From Candidatus Limnocylindria bacterium (GTDB taxonomy: Bacteria > Chloroflexota > Limnocylindria > QHBO01): a stretch of DNA of 45,394 nucleotides. Positions 27,280-36,488 of the stretch are shown piece by piece (position 1 is the first letter of the stretch; each line of letters begins with the position of its first letter). The DNA is taken from positions 1 through 45,394 of the forward strand of contig DASTYP010000064.1 in assembly GCA_035764845.1 (NCBI GenBank), written 5' to 3'. The notes under the pieces were generated by a model, which saw nothing but the letters and a program-made list of their open reading frames with translations, searched no databases and was not told the DNA's origin. The position numbers and the translations under genes were made by a program.

Positions 27280-28730
27280 CAGTACGCCCTGGCCCATGTG
27301 GCCAGCTCGGCTCCCGGCGCACCGCAGTGCACGCAGGCGGCGCCAGGATGGCGTGGCTCCAGCGGCAGGAAGCGGATCGTCGCCTTGGTCTTGGCGCTGA
27401 CCTCCGCCTCGCACGCCGCGTCGCCGCACCAGGCGCCGACCCAGAAGCCACCCTGCTCCTCGACGCCCGCGGCGAAGTCGCCGAACGACGTGATCTCGTG
27501 GGTGTTCGCCTCGCGGAAGGCCAGCGCATCGGCGAAGAGCTCGCGCTGCACCGATGCCAGCCGCTCGGCCATGTCGGCCGCGAGGACGCCCAGGCCGACC
27601 TCCTCTTTCGCGCCGGAGACTCGGGAAGCGACGACCGCCCGGTTCGCGGCCACGTCCCGCGGCCCGAGCTCGACGCGCAGGGGCACCCCCTTGAGCTCCC
27701 ACTCGGCGAACTTGAACCCGGGACGGTGCTGGTCCCGATCGTCGAGCCGGACGCGCAGGCCGCGGCCGGCGAGGTCGGCGCGCAGCGCATCGGCGACGGA
27801 GAGGACGGCCGAACGCTCCTGGTCGGAGCGGTAGATGGGCACGATGACGACCTGGACCGGGGCGACCGAGGGTGGCAGCCGAAGCCCGGCGTCATCCCCG
27901 TTGGCCATGATCGTGCCGCCGACCATGCGCGTGCTGAAGCCCCAGGACGTGGCCCAGGCGTGCTCCTGCACGCCATCGGCGTTGAGGAAGGTCACGTCGT
28001 AGGCCTTGGCGAAGTTCTGCCCGAGGAAGTGCGAGGTGCCGCACTGGAGCGCCTTCGCATCGCGCATCAGTCCCTCGATGCAGTAGGTCTCGACCGCGCC
28101 GGGGAATCGCTCCCCGGGCGACTTGCGACCCTTGATCACCGGGATGCCGAGCACGTCCTCGCTGACCTCGCGGTAGACCTCCAGCATGCGGAGGGCCTCC
28201 TCGGTCGCCTCCGCGGCCGACGCGTGAGCGGTGTGGCCCTCCTGCCACAGGAACTCGCTGGTCCGCAGGAACAGCCGCGTGCGCATCTCCCAGCGCACCA
28301 CGTTGCCCCACTGGTTGTAGAGCAGGGGCAGGTCGCGGTAGCTCTGGATCCAGCGCTTGTAGGTCGACCAGATGATCGACTCCGACGTCGGTCGGATGGC
28401 CAGCGGCTCCTCCAGCTCCTGCCCGCCCCCACGCGTGACCACGGCCACCTGGGGAGCGAAGCCCTCCACGTGGTCGGCCTCGCGATCGAGCAGGCCCATC
28501 GGGATGAGGAGCGGGAAGTAGACGTTCTTGTGGCCGGTGGCTTTGAAGCGGTCGTCGAGGGCGCGCTGGGTGAGCTCCCAGACGGCGTAGCCGTGGGGCT
28601 TGATGATCATCGACCCCTTCGCCGGCCCGTGCTCGGCCAGCTCCGCCTGCCGGACGACCTCGGCATACCAGCCGGGGAAGTCGTCCGCCTGCGAGGGAAG
28701 CCGGTCTGCGCGCGTTGCTCTGGAGCCCAT
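27279..28730 (-). CDS. proS: proline--tRNA ligase (archaeal/eukaryotic-like type)
   Basis: 483 aa with FPGWY...ELA, class II motifs (FRDE-like RWEMRTRLFLRTSEFLWQEGH, GTSHFLGQNF) and a C-terminal zinc-type CGD..CE...C..CG ending in Y. Confidence 0.9.
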   Translation of the reverse strand: MGSRATRADRLPSQADDFPGWYAEVVRQAELAEHGPAKGSMIIKPHGYAVWELTQRALDDRFKATGHKNVYFPLLIPMGLLDREADHVEGFAPQVAVVTRGGGQELEEPLAIRPTSESIIWSTYKRWIQSYRDLPLLYNQWGNVVRWEMRTRLFLRTSEFLWQEGHTAHASAAEATEEALRMLEVYREVSEDVLGIPVIKGRKSPGERFPGAVETYCIEGLMRDAKALQCGTSHFLGQNFAKAYDVTFLNADGVQEHAWATSWGFSTRMVGGTIMANGDDAGLRLPPSVAPVQVVIVPIYRSDQERSAVLSVADALRADLAGRGLRVRLDDRDQHRPGFKFAEWELKGVPLRVELGPRDVAANRAVVASRVSGAKEEVGLGVLAADMAERLASVQRELFADALAFREANTHEITSFGDFAAGVEEQGGFWVGAWCGDAACEAEVSAKTKATIRFLPLEPRHPGAACVHCGAPGAELATWARAY

Positions 28731-28776
28731 GGACGCCCGATGCTAGCCCATGCGCGACGGCGCCCTGCCCCGCCGT

Positions 28777-29862
28777 CTACGGCGCAGTGATGCGGTACAC
28801 GAAGCCCGCCTTGTCATCGCTGACGTACAGGCCGCCGTCGGCGCCGACCGCCAGGCCGACCGGGCGGCCCAGCGCGTCCTCCGCCCCATCGGGCAGGAAC
28901 CCCGTCGCGAGTGGCGCGACATCTCCGGCCGGACCGTCATCCCACGGCAGCCACCACAGCGCGTACCCGACCTTGACCGATGAGTTCCACGAGCCGTGCA
29001 GCGCGATGACCAGGTGGTCCTGCCACTCGACCAGCCCGAGGGGCGCGACGTGGGCGGGCAGGGTCAGCGCCGGCTGGAGGACCCCGTCGCAGGCGGTCAC
29101 GTCGGTCCCGAACTCGGGGTCGCGCAGGGTGCCGGCGTGGCAGCGCGGCCAGCCAGCATCGGTGCCTTCGATCAGGCGGTACAGCGTCTCGGGCGGCCGG
29201 TCGTCACCCAACAGGTCGCGGCCCATGTTCGTTGCCCATGGCTGTCCGGTCGCCGGATCCACCCACAGTCCGACCGCATTGCGGAGGCCGATGACGAACG
29301 GCCGCAGCTGGCCGTCCTCCAGGACCTGCACGCTGGCGCGACGCTCGTCCTCCTCGTCGCACACGTTGCAGGAGGAGCCGATCGAGACCAGGACGCGACC
29401 GTCAGGCAGTACCGCGAGGGATTTCGTGGAGTGGAAGCCGCCGGTCGGCAGGCCGTCCACCAGTGGTCGACGGTCCGCCTCGCGCGATTCGTCGAGCGTG
29501 ACCTCCCAGATGGTCGACTCGCCGGCGACGAGCAGCCGGCCGTCGTCCGTGAAGGCGAGGTCCTGCGCGCGGCCATAGCCCATGCCGACCTCCACGACCT
29601 CGTCGGCGCGGCCGTCGCCGTTCGCGTCCGGCAGCGCCACCACCCGGTCAGCCCCGCGCTCGGCGACGAAGAGCGTGCCGTCGGGCCCGACCTCGATGAA
29701 GCGAGGGTTGTCGAGGCCCTCGGCGAAGACCGACGCGCTGAAGCCCTCGGGTAGGGTGAGCTCGACGCGGCCGCCGCTCCCCGCATCCAGGTTCACGCCG
29801 AAGAACGGGGCCAGCTCGGCCCGGAAGGTCCAGACCAGGATGCCGATCACCGCGATCGCCAC
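28777..29862 (-). CDS. PQQ-dependent sugar dehydrogenase-like beta-propeller protein (soluble glucose/sorbosone dehydrogenase family), N-terminal anchor
   Basis: 361 aa. LPEGF.ASVFAEGLDNPRFIEVGPDG.LFVAER, NMGRDLLGDD.PPE and GLAVGADGGLYVSDD are typical of the SGDH propeller family. The GTG start is the first canonical start after an in-frame TAG. Confidence 0.65.
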   Translation of the reverse strand: MAIAVIGILVWTFRAELAPFFGVNLDAGSGGRVELTLPEGFSASVFAEGLDNPRFIEVGPDGTLFVAERGADRVVALPDANGDGRADEVVEVGMGYGRAQDLAFTDDGRLLVAGESTIWEVTLDESREADRRPLVDGLPTGGFHSTKSLAVLPDGRVLVSIGSSCNVCDEEDERRASVQVLEDGQLRPFVIGLRNAVGLWVDPATGQPWATNMGRDLLGDDRPPETLYRLIEGTDAGWPRCHAGTLRDPEFGTDVTACDGVLQPALTLPAHVAPLGLVEWQDHLVIALHGSWNSSVKVGYALWWLPWDDGPAGDVAPLATGFLPDGAEDALGRPVGLAVGADGGLYVSDDKAGFVYRITAP

Positions 29863-29942
29863 GATCGCGAAGAGCAGGAGGTTGCGGACGCGCGGCCAAT
29901 GGCCGAACCGATGCTACGCAGCCGCGCCTCGGGTCCGCTCCG

Positions 29943-31109
29943 TCAGAGGTTGCCCCGGCGGGCCTGCTCGATCTCGATCGCCTCGAAGAGCGCCTTGAAG
30001 TTGCCGACGCCGAAGCCACGCGACCCGTGGCGCTCGATGATCTCGAAGAAGAACGTGGGCCGATCCTGCACGGGGCGCGTGAAGATCTGGAGCAGGTAGC
30101 CCTCCTCGTCGCGATCGGCCTCGATGCCGAGCTCCTCGAGCACGTCCATCGGCACACCGACATCGCCGACGCGGTCGGGCAGCTGCTCGTAGTAGGCGTG
30201 GGGCATCCCAAGGAACTCGACGCCGCGCTCGCGCAGCGCGCGCACGGTCCCCACGATGTCCTCGGTCCGGAGGGCGATGTGCTGCGTGCCGGCGTCCAGG
30301 TAGTAGTCGAGGAACTCCTGGATCTGGCTCTTCTTCTTGCCGGTCGCCGGCTCGTTGATCGGGAACTTGATCCGGCCGTTCCCGTTCTGCATGACCTTGC
30401 TCATCAGCGCCGAGTACTCGGTGTGGATCACCTTGTCGTCGTAATGGATGAGCTGCGCGAACCCCAGGACGTCCTTGTAGAAGTCAACGAACCGATTCAT
30501 GTCGCCCAGCTCGACGTTGCCGACGCAGTGGTCGACCTCGAGCAGGCTCTGCCCGGTCGCGGCGGGCGGAGGCGCCTTCACCCTGTGGTAGCCCGGCGCG
30601 AAGGTGCCGTGGTAGTCGGACCGATCGACGAACGAGTGGATCACCTCGCCGTAGGTGTGGATGGCCGACTTGCGCAGCCTGCCCTTCTGGCCCTCGAGCT
30701 CGGTGGGCTCGAGCGCCGAGACCGCGCCGCGCTTCGTCGTCTCCTCCCACGCCGACGTGACGTCGTCGACGGCGAAGGCGATGTCCTTCACTCCGTCACC
30801 GTGCTTCGCCACGTGCTCCGCGATCTCGCCATCGGGGGACAGCGGCGCGGTGAACACGAAGCGGATGTCGTTCTGGACCATGACGTAGCTGGACCGATCC
30901 CGGACGCCCGTCTCCAGACCCGCGTAGGCCACCGGGGTGAAGCCCCACAGCGTCCGGTAGTAGTGCGCGGCCTGCCGGGCGTTGCCGACCCAGAACTCGA
31001 TGTGGTCGATGCCCTTCAGCGGCAGGAAATCCTGCGCCTCGGCGGCAGCGTTCGGGTTGACGATCGCGCCGGCCTGGTTGGCGGCTCCGCGCGTGAGCGT
31101 ATCGGTCAT
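29943..31109 (-). CDS. hppD: 4-hydroxyphenylpyruvate dioxygenase
   Basis: 388 aa with IDHIEFWVGNA, HGDGVKDIAF, DHCVGNVE, QHIAL and the C-terminal GFGVGNFKALFEAIEIEQ..RGNL hallmark. Confidence 0.9.
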   Translation of the reverse strand: MTDTLTRGAANQAGAIVNPNAAAEAQDFLPLKGIDHIEFWVGNARQAAHYYRTLWGFTPVAYAGLETGVRDRSSYVMVQNDIRFVFTAPLSPDGEIAEHVAKHGDGVKDIAFAVDDVTSAWEETTKRGAVSALEPTELEGQKGRLRKSAIHTYGEVIHSFVDRSDYHGTFAPGYHRVKAPPPAATGQSLLEVDHCVGNVELGDMNRFVDFYKDVLGFAQLIHYDDKVIHTEYSALMSKVMQNGNGRIKFPINEPATGKKKSQIQEFLDYYLDAGTQHIALRTEDIVGTVRALRERGVEFLGMPHAYYEQLPDRVGDVGVPMDVLEELGIEADRDEEGYLLQIFTRPVQDRPTFFFEIIERHGSRGFGVGNFKALFEAIEIEQARRGNL

Positions 31110-31140
31110 GGGTCGAGGATACCGCAGGACCGATGCCGCC

Positions 31141-31644
31141 TCAGAGGAAGCGCAGGAGCGGCATGAGCGTGAACACGGCGAGGATGCCGATCAGCTCCAG
31201 GCGGAACGCCAGCCGGAGCCGAGTCACGAGTGGCGCGCGCGCCTCACTGCCATCCCCACGCGGACCAGAGGTCCAGTACCGGTCGTCGTCCAGCAGTGCG
31301 CGCGCCGTCCGGCTCGTCACGGTACCGCCGACTGCGAACACCATGACGGTGATGGCGATGGCCGCCGACCAGGCGATCCCGTACGGCGTGGTCAGCGAGT
31401 CGACCGAGTCGATCGGCCCGTACGCCGTGCCACGGACGATGCCGAGGACCGCAGCGAGCAACGCTGCGCCGATCATCATCCGCTCCGGCCCGAAGATGAC
31501 GCGACGCGCCGATGCCCGTTGCTCGACGGCTGGCAGCGCCAACAGCGCGGGGAGGACGACGACGTTCATGAACACCGAACCACCGAGCCAGACGGCGCCC
31601 GCGAGGATGTGAAGCGTTTGGACCAGGAGGAGGACGGGGTCCAC
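31141..31644 (-). CDS. integral membrane protein (CopD-like HxLxxxxWxGG motif)
   Basis: 167 aa from GTG 31642-31644 with SD GGGAGGTGA, four predicted TM helices and a LHILAGAVWLGG motif. Confidence 0.45.
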   Translation of the reverse strand: MDPVLLLVQTLHILAGAVWLGGSVFMNVVVLPALLALPAVEQRASARRVIFGPERMMIGAALLAAVLGIVRGTAYGPIDSVDSLTTPYGIAWSAAIAITVMVFAVGGTVTSRTARALLDDDRYWTSGPRGDGSEARAPLVTRLRLAFRLELIGILAVFTLMPLLRFL

Positions 31645-31649
31645 CTGGC

Positions 31650-32381
31650 TCACCTCCCGCCGAAGGTCCCCGCGTTGAGCGCGACGCCGATCATGCGGTC
31701 GATGGCGCGGTCGAGCTCCTCCAGCGGCAGGTACGACTCCTCGGTCGTGACCTCCTCGGACAGCACGTCGCTGACCGTCAGCGCGCACGCGGCCTGCGCC
31801 CCGGAGCGCGCGGCCAGGAAGAACAGCGCCGAGGCCTCCATCTCGAAGGCCAGCACGCCACGCTCCCGCCAGCGCCTGGCGTAGTCGTCGTCCGGGTTGT
31901 AGAAGACATCGACCGATGCGACGAGGCCCGTTCGGGCAGGCACGCCGTCGGTGCCCGCCGCGTCGACCAGTGCGCGGGTGAGCTCGAAGTCGGCCACCGG
32001 CGCGTAGGCCTCACCGTGCAGGTACGTTCGCGTGGCGCCGTCGACGGGGCAGGCGCCGGTGGCGATGACCAGATCCCCCGTCTTCAGTCCGGTGGCGATC
32101 CCTCCGCAGGTGCCGACGCGGATCAGGCGCCGCGCGCCCAGGCGCAGGAGCTCCTCCACGACGATCGAGATGCTGGGCGTGCCCATGCCGCTGGTCTGCA
32201 CGCTGACCGGCGTGCCGCGGTACGTCCCGGTGAAGCCCAGCAGGCCGCGGTGATCGTTCACCTGGCGCGCCGAGCCGTCGTCGAAGCGCTCCGAGATGCG
32301 GCGTGCGCGGTTCGGATCGCCGGGCAGGAGGACCAGCGGCGCGTAGTCGCCCTCCTCGGCGCGGAGGTGGATCTGTGGCAT
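31650..32381 (-). CDS. deoD: purine nucleoside phosphorylase, DeoD type
   Basis: 243 aa, collinear by eye with E. coli DeoD (PGDPNRA..I, GLLGFTGTY.G..VSVQ.SGMG.PS.SI, RVGTCGG, FEMEA). Confidence 0.85.
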   Translation of the reverse strand: MPQIHLRAEEGDYAPLVLLPGDPNRARRISERFDDGSARQVNDHRGLLGFTGTYRGTPVSVQTSGMGTPSISIVVEELLRLGARRLIRVGTCGGIATGLKTGDLVIATGACPVDGATRTYLHGEAYAPVADFELTRALVDAAGTDGVPARTGLVASVDVFYNPDDDYARRWRERGVLAFEMEASALFFLAARSGAQAACALTVSDVLSEEVTTEESYLPLEELDRAIDRMIGVALNAGTFGGR

Positions 32382-32446
32382 GGCGTGATCCTACTCGCCG
32401 AGGCCCACGGGCGCGGTGGCGTGTGACTTGCATCCGGCGCCCTCGC

Positions 32447-33349
32447 ATGGGGAAGGCGAGCAAGCGATCGCGCGACCGCGAGGACGTCGGGCAGACGGCC
32501 CGGCAGCTGCTGCGTGCCGTGGGTGGCGGGCTGATCATCGGCCTGCCGCTGCTCTTCACCATGGAGATGTGGTTCCACTCCTTCCTGCTCAGCTCGTGGA
32601 AGCTCGTCGTGCTGCTGCTGATCGCCTTCCTGGTGGTCATCGGCTACAGCGCGCTGAGCGGCTTCCGGCACGAGCGAACCTGGGGCGAGCTCCTGGTCGA
32701 CTCGGTGCACACCATGGGCATCGCGGCGGTGGTGTCGGCGCTGGCGCTGCTGCTGCTGGGGCGCATCGACCCCGACACGGGCCTGCGCGACGCGGTCGGG
32801 AAGATCGCGCTGCAGGTGATCCCGGTCGCCTTCGGGGTCTCGCTCGCGGGCGCGCAACTGGCCGGCGGGGACGGCGAGGACGAGGAGGACCAGGGGAGCA
32901 GCGCGACCGACGGCGGCGGGCAGCTGGGCGCCTTCGCTCGACTTTTCGTGGGTGCCGGGGCTGCGCTGCTGTTTGCCCTGAACATCGCGCCGACGGAGGA
33001 GCCGATGCTCCTCGGCGTCGAGGCGGAGTGGTGGCTGCTGCTCCTGGTGGTGGCCGCCAGCATCGCCATGACGCTGGCGATCGTGTTCTACGCGGACTTC
33101 CGCGGCGGCCGCTCCCCGGAGGGCGGTGACAGCATCCTCGACCATCCGTTGACCGAAACGGTCGCGGCGTACGCGGTCAGCCTGGCGGTCAGCCTGCTGC
33201 TGCTGTGGTCGTTCGGCCGCACGGACGGCGCGTCGTGGTCGGCCATCGTGGGGCAGACGGTGATGCTCGGCTTCGTGGCCGCCTTCGGCGCCGCCGCGGG
33301 CCGCCTGCTCGTCGGCAGCGGCTCCGCCAGCAGCGCGGGAGCCACCTGA
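32447..33349 (+). CDS. polytopic membrane protein, TIGR02587/DUF2391-like (function unknown)
   Basis: 300 aa from ATG 32447, about 7 TM helices and a central acidic loop GGDGEDEEDQGSS. The family assignment is from memory of the paired TIGR02587/TIGR02588 neighbourhood and was not searched. Confidence 0.55.
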   Translation: MGKASKRSRDREDVGQTARQLLRAVGGGLIIGLPLLFTMEMWFHSFLLSSWKLVVLLLIAFLVVIGYSALSGFRHERTWGELLVDSVHTMGIAAVVSALALLLLGRIDPDTGLRDAVGKIALQVIPVAFGVSLAGAQLAGGDGEDEEDQGSSATDGGGQLGAFARLFVGAGAALLFALNIAPTEEPMLLGVEAEWWLLLLVVAASIAMTLAIVFYADFRGGRSPEGGDSILDHPLTETVAAYAVSLAVSLLLLWSFGRTDGASWSAIVGQTVMLGFVAAFGAAAGRLLVGSGSASSAGAT

Positions 33350-33353
33350 ACCG

Positions 33354-33728
33354 ATGCGCCAGAACTGGCTCGAGTGGGTCGCACTGGCCATCAGCGTCGT
33401 CGCCATCGTGACCGTCGTCGGCTTCCTGGTGGTCGACGGCATCCGCGACGAGGGCCGACCGCCGATGCCGGTGGCGGAGGTGCGAATGGCCGAGGCGTAC
33501 CAGGCGGAGACCGGCTGGCTGGTTCCGGCGACCATCCGGAACGACGGGGACCAGGCGGGTGAGGCCGTGCAGCTGGTGGCTCGCGCTTCGGTCGGTGGAT
33601 CGGAGGAGGAGGCCGAGCTGACCTTGGACTACCTTCCGTCCGGATCCGAGCTGGACGTCCTGTTCGGCTTCTCCGGGCGGCCGGACGGCGAGGTGACCGT
33701 CACGGTCCGTGGGCTCCGGCTACCCTGA
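33354..33728 (+). CDS. single-pass membrane protein, TIGR02588-like partner (function unknown)
   Basis: 124 aa with an N-terminal TM helix WVALAISVVAIVTVVGFLVV and a beta-rich ectodomain. It starts 4 nt after the upstream stop. Confidence 0.5.
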   Translation: MRQNWLEWVALAISVVAIVTVVGFLVVDGIRDEGRPPMPVAEVRMAEAYQAETGWLVPATIRNDGDQAGEAVQLVARASVGGSEEEAELTLDYLPSGSELDVLFGFSGRPDGEVTVTVRGLRLP

Positions 33729-33732
33729 GCGC

Positions 33733-34560
33733 ATGACCCGCTGGGCCGACGACCTCGCCTTCGCCACCGATCTCGCGCGCCGCGCCGGGGCGGTGCTGAC
33801 CGATCACTACGAGCGGCTCGAGCGCATCGACTACAAGAGCAAGCGCGATGTGGTCACGAACGCCGACTACGCGTCGGAGCACCTGGTGATCGACGCCATC
33901 AAGCGCGAGCATCCGGGCGACGCGATCCTGGCCGAGGAGTCCGGCGAGCACAGCGGGGCGCTGCGTGACGACGGGACGCACAACGGCCGCTGCTGGGTCA
34001 TCGACCCGCTGGACGGGACCGTGAACTACGCCAACGGCATCCCGTACTACTGCGTCAGCATCGGCCTGGTGGTGGACGACCGCCCGGCAGTCGGCGTCAT
34101 CTTCGACCCCGCGCGCGGCGACCTGTACACGGCGACCGCCGATGGTCCGGCGCTCCTGGACGGGGACCCGATCGAGGCCTCCACCAAGGAGACCCTCACC
34201 GACTACGTGGTCAGCCTGGCCGTCATCGGCCGCGGTGGGCTCGCCCGGGAACGGCGGATCGCGCCGCGCATCCGGATCCATCGGCGCATGGGCAGCGCGG
34301 CACTGTCGCTGGCCTACGTCGCCAACGGCCGGTTCGATGCCTTCGTCCAGAACGGCGGCCTCTCCCCCTGGGACGTGGCCGCGGCGGGGCTCATCGCCGA
34401 GCGGTCGGGAGCGGTCGTGACCTCGATCGACGGCGGTGCGTGGTGGAACCCGAAGGTGCGTGGCCCGCGGACCAGCGTGGTGGCCGCCCCGGCCGCCCAG
34501 CACCAGGCGCTGCTCGAGCTCCTCGGCTCGCTCAAGACGACGGTCCAGACGCGCCGCTAG
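33733..34560 (+). CDS. inositol monophosphatase family protein
   Basis: IMPase motifs AEESG, WVIDPLDGTVNY and a WDVAAAGLIA block. I preferred ATG 33733 over the track start 33709, which overlaps the previous gene. Confidence 0.85.
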   Translation: MTRWADDLAFATDLARRAGAVLTDHYERLERIDYKSKRDVVTNADYASEHLVIDAIKREHPGDAILAEESGEHSGALRDDGTHNGRCWVIDPLDGTVNYANGIPYYCVSIGLVVDDRPAVGVIFDPARGDLYTATADGPALLDGDPIEASTKETLTDYVVSLAVIGRGGLARERRIAPRIRIHRRMGSAALSLAYVANGRFDAFVQNGGLSPWDVAAAGLIAERSGAVVTSIDGGAWWNPKVRGPRTSVVAAPAAQHQALLELLGSLKTTVQTRR

Positions 34561-35228
34561 GGAGTGCCCGCCGCGGCCTCCAGCACGTGGGCGAACATGC
34601 CGAGCGTGAGGGCCGTGGCGCCCCACACCACCAGCTCGCCGTGGCGGTACGCACCGGCGCGGACCGTGACGCCCCGGGCGTCGAACTCCGCGTCGGCGAG
34701 CACCGCGGGGTCGAAGAGCGCGCGAAGCGGCAGCTCGACGATCGCCGCCACCTCGGCATCATGCGGGACGAGCGGCGGCCGCCGCGCCACGGCCCCGACG
34801 AAGGGCTCCAGCTCGTAGTTGCTGACCGGGATCCAGACCGGATCCAGCCGCCCGAGCACCCGCACCAGCGAGGGTTCGAGGCCGACCTCCTCCCACGCCT
34901 CGCGCAGCGCGGCCGCCTCGGCGGAGGCATCGGCGGCGTCGATCGCGCCGCCGGGCAGCGAGACCTCGCCGGCGTGCGCGCGCAGCTCGGATCGGCGGAT
35001 GGTCAGCGGCACGACCAGGTCGCCATCCTCATCGGGGTACAGCGCCAGCAGGGTCGCGGCCGGTCGCGCGGGCGGGAAGCCGCTGCGGTCGTATCGGCGC
35101 CTGGTGGTCTGGCCGTCGAGGGTGCGCGGCAGGAGCCGCTCGTCGAGGGGGATCGGCCTGGCGACGAGCCGGAGGGCTTCGGCGACCTCGTCCTCCCACC
35201 CGGCGTGAGCGCGTAGTATTCGCTCCAT
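34557..35228 (-). CDS. NUDIX hydrolase, CoA pyrophosphatase-like
   Basis: The Nudix box is LPGGAID....EAAALREAWEEVGL, preceded by the LTIRRSELRAHAGEVSLPGG motif characteristic of CoA pyrophosphatases. Confidence 0.75.
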   Translation of the reverse strand: MERILRAHAGWEDEVAEALRLVARPIPLDERLLPRTLDGQTTRRRYDRSGFPPARPAATLLALYPDEDGDLVVPLTIRRSELRAHAGEVSLPGGAIDAADASAEAAALREAWEEVGLEPSLVRVLGRLDPVWIPVSNYELEPFVGAVARRPPLVPHDAEVAAIVELPLRALFDPAVLADAEFDARGVTVRAGAYRHGELVVWGATALTLGMFAHVLEAAAGTP

Positions 35229-35667
35229 GACCCAGGCTCACCTCGATCGCGACAGCCGCGTGCGGAGCGCACTCTACCGCACGCGCATCCTGGTGAACCG
35301 CAGCCCGCACCTGACCGATGCGACGCGCAAGGAGGCCAACCGCGCGCTCGACATGCTCGAGGGGCAGCTCGGCCTCAACCAGGTCAACCCCGTCGATGCC
35401 GCACGGGGCCTCGAGCTGCTGAACCGCGCGCACTCGTCGCTGCTGTTCGGGCTGCTGCGCAACACGGATGTCGCGGACCGATTCGCGCCGGCACTCCGTC
35501 GCCTTGGCCTGCGCGGCATCACCGACCGGCTGGACGAGGTGCCGCACTCCGTGATGGCCCTGCCGATGCCCGGGCCGTCCGGCGGCCGTCGGCATCGCGA
35601 CGACCTGCCCCCGGACGAGCGCCTGGACGCCCACGGGAACCCGCTGCCGCCGCCTCCGGGCTACTGA
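35227..35667 (+). CDS. hypothetical protein (146 aa, helical N-half, Pro/Arg-rich tail)
   Basis: This is the only ORF with strong GC3 bias across 35229-35660. I recognised no family. Its ATG shares the palindrome CATG with the divergent NUDIX start. Confidence 0.5.
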   Translation: MTQAHLDRDSRVRSALYRTRILVNRSPHLTDATRKEANRALDMLEGQLGLNQVNPVDAARGLELLNRAHSSLLFGLLRNTDVADRFAPALRRLGLRGITDRLDEVPHSVMALPMPGPSGGRRHRDDLPPDERLDAHGNPLPPPPGY

Positions 35668-36488
35668 CCGGCGGACGCCTCGCGCGTCGCCAGCGCCTCC
35701 ACCAGCGCGGCATCCGTCGGCGTCGAGCCGACGCCCAGCCTCTCTCCGACGACCGCCGCCAGCGGTGGCTCGAGGTACGTCGAACGCAGCGCCTCCCAGG
35801 CGGCAGCCGCGAACGCCTCCGACGGAGCCCCGTCCAGGACGATGCGTCCCGAACGCATCACCACCACCCGCTCGAAGGTCTCCGCCACGAACGCCATGTC
35901 GTGGCTGATGGCGAGGACGGTGCGTCCGGCGGCGGCGGCCGCGTGGATCACCTCCCGCACGCGGTCCACGCCCCGGCGGTCCTGGCCGGTCGTCGGCTCG
36001 TCCAGCACCAGCACCTCGGTACGCATGGCCAGGACCGATGCGAGCGCCAGCAGCTTCCGCCGTGACTGTCCGAGATCGTAAGGGTTCGTCCGCTCGTCAC
36101 CGGTGAGGCCGGAGGCGACCACGGCCTCCTCCACGGCCGCGTGCAGCGCCGCCCCCCGCAGCCCGAGGTTGCGCGGCCCGAAGGCGACTTCCTCGTGCAC
36201 GGTGCCGGCGAACACCTGGCGGTCCGGATCCTGGAAGACGAGCCCGACGTGGCGGGCCAGCTGGGCGACGGTGAGCGTTGCGGCGTCCCGCCCATCGATC
36301 GTCACGCGCCCCTCGGTCGGCCGCAGCAGGCCGTTGAGGTGGCGGACCAGCGTGGTCTTGCCACTGCCGTTCTGTCCGACCACGGCCACGCGCTCGCCCG
36401 GACCGATGCGCAGGTCGACGCCGTCGACGGCCCGAACGCCGCTGGACGCGTACACGTGGACCAGGCGCTCGACGACGAGGTCAGCCAC
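35661..36488 (-). CDS. ECF transporter ATPase component (EcfA2-like)
   Basis: 275 aa from GTG 36486-36488. Walker A is GQNGSGKTT and Walker B is VLVLDEPT, with a Q-loop and an H-loop ISHD. The signature motif is degenerate (LGQSRRK). Confidence 0.85.
   Translation of the reverse strand: MADLVVERLVHVYASSGVRAVDGVDLRIGPGERVAVVGQNGSGKTTLVRHLNGLLRPTEGRVTIDGRDAATLTVAQLARHVGLVFQDPDRQVFAGTVHEEVAFGPRNLGLRGAALHAAVEEAVVASGLTGDERTNPYDLGQSRRKLLALASVLAMRTEVLVLDEPTTGQDRRGVDRVREVIHAAAAAGRTVLAISHDMAFVAETFERVVVMRSGRIVLDGAPSEAFAAAAWEALRSTYLEPPLAAVVGERLGVGSTPTDAALVEALATREASAGQ

Noticed and set aside
26314-27702. The 462-aa version of the dehydratase ORF, and similar N-terminal extensions at 17441..19546, 39226..40557 and 43949..44929.
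   Set aside because: The extensions are Arg/Gly/Ala-rich, overlap the neighbouring upstream genes, and precede internal ATG or GTG codons placed exactly at stop-start junctions or behind SD-like sequences. I therefore used the shorter models.
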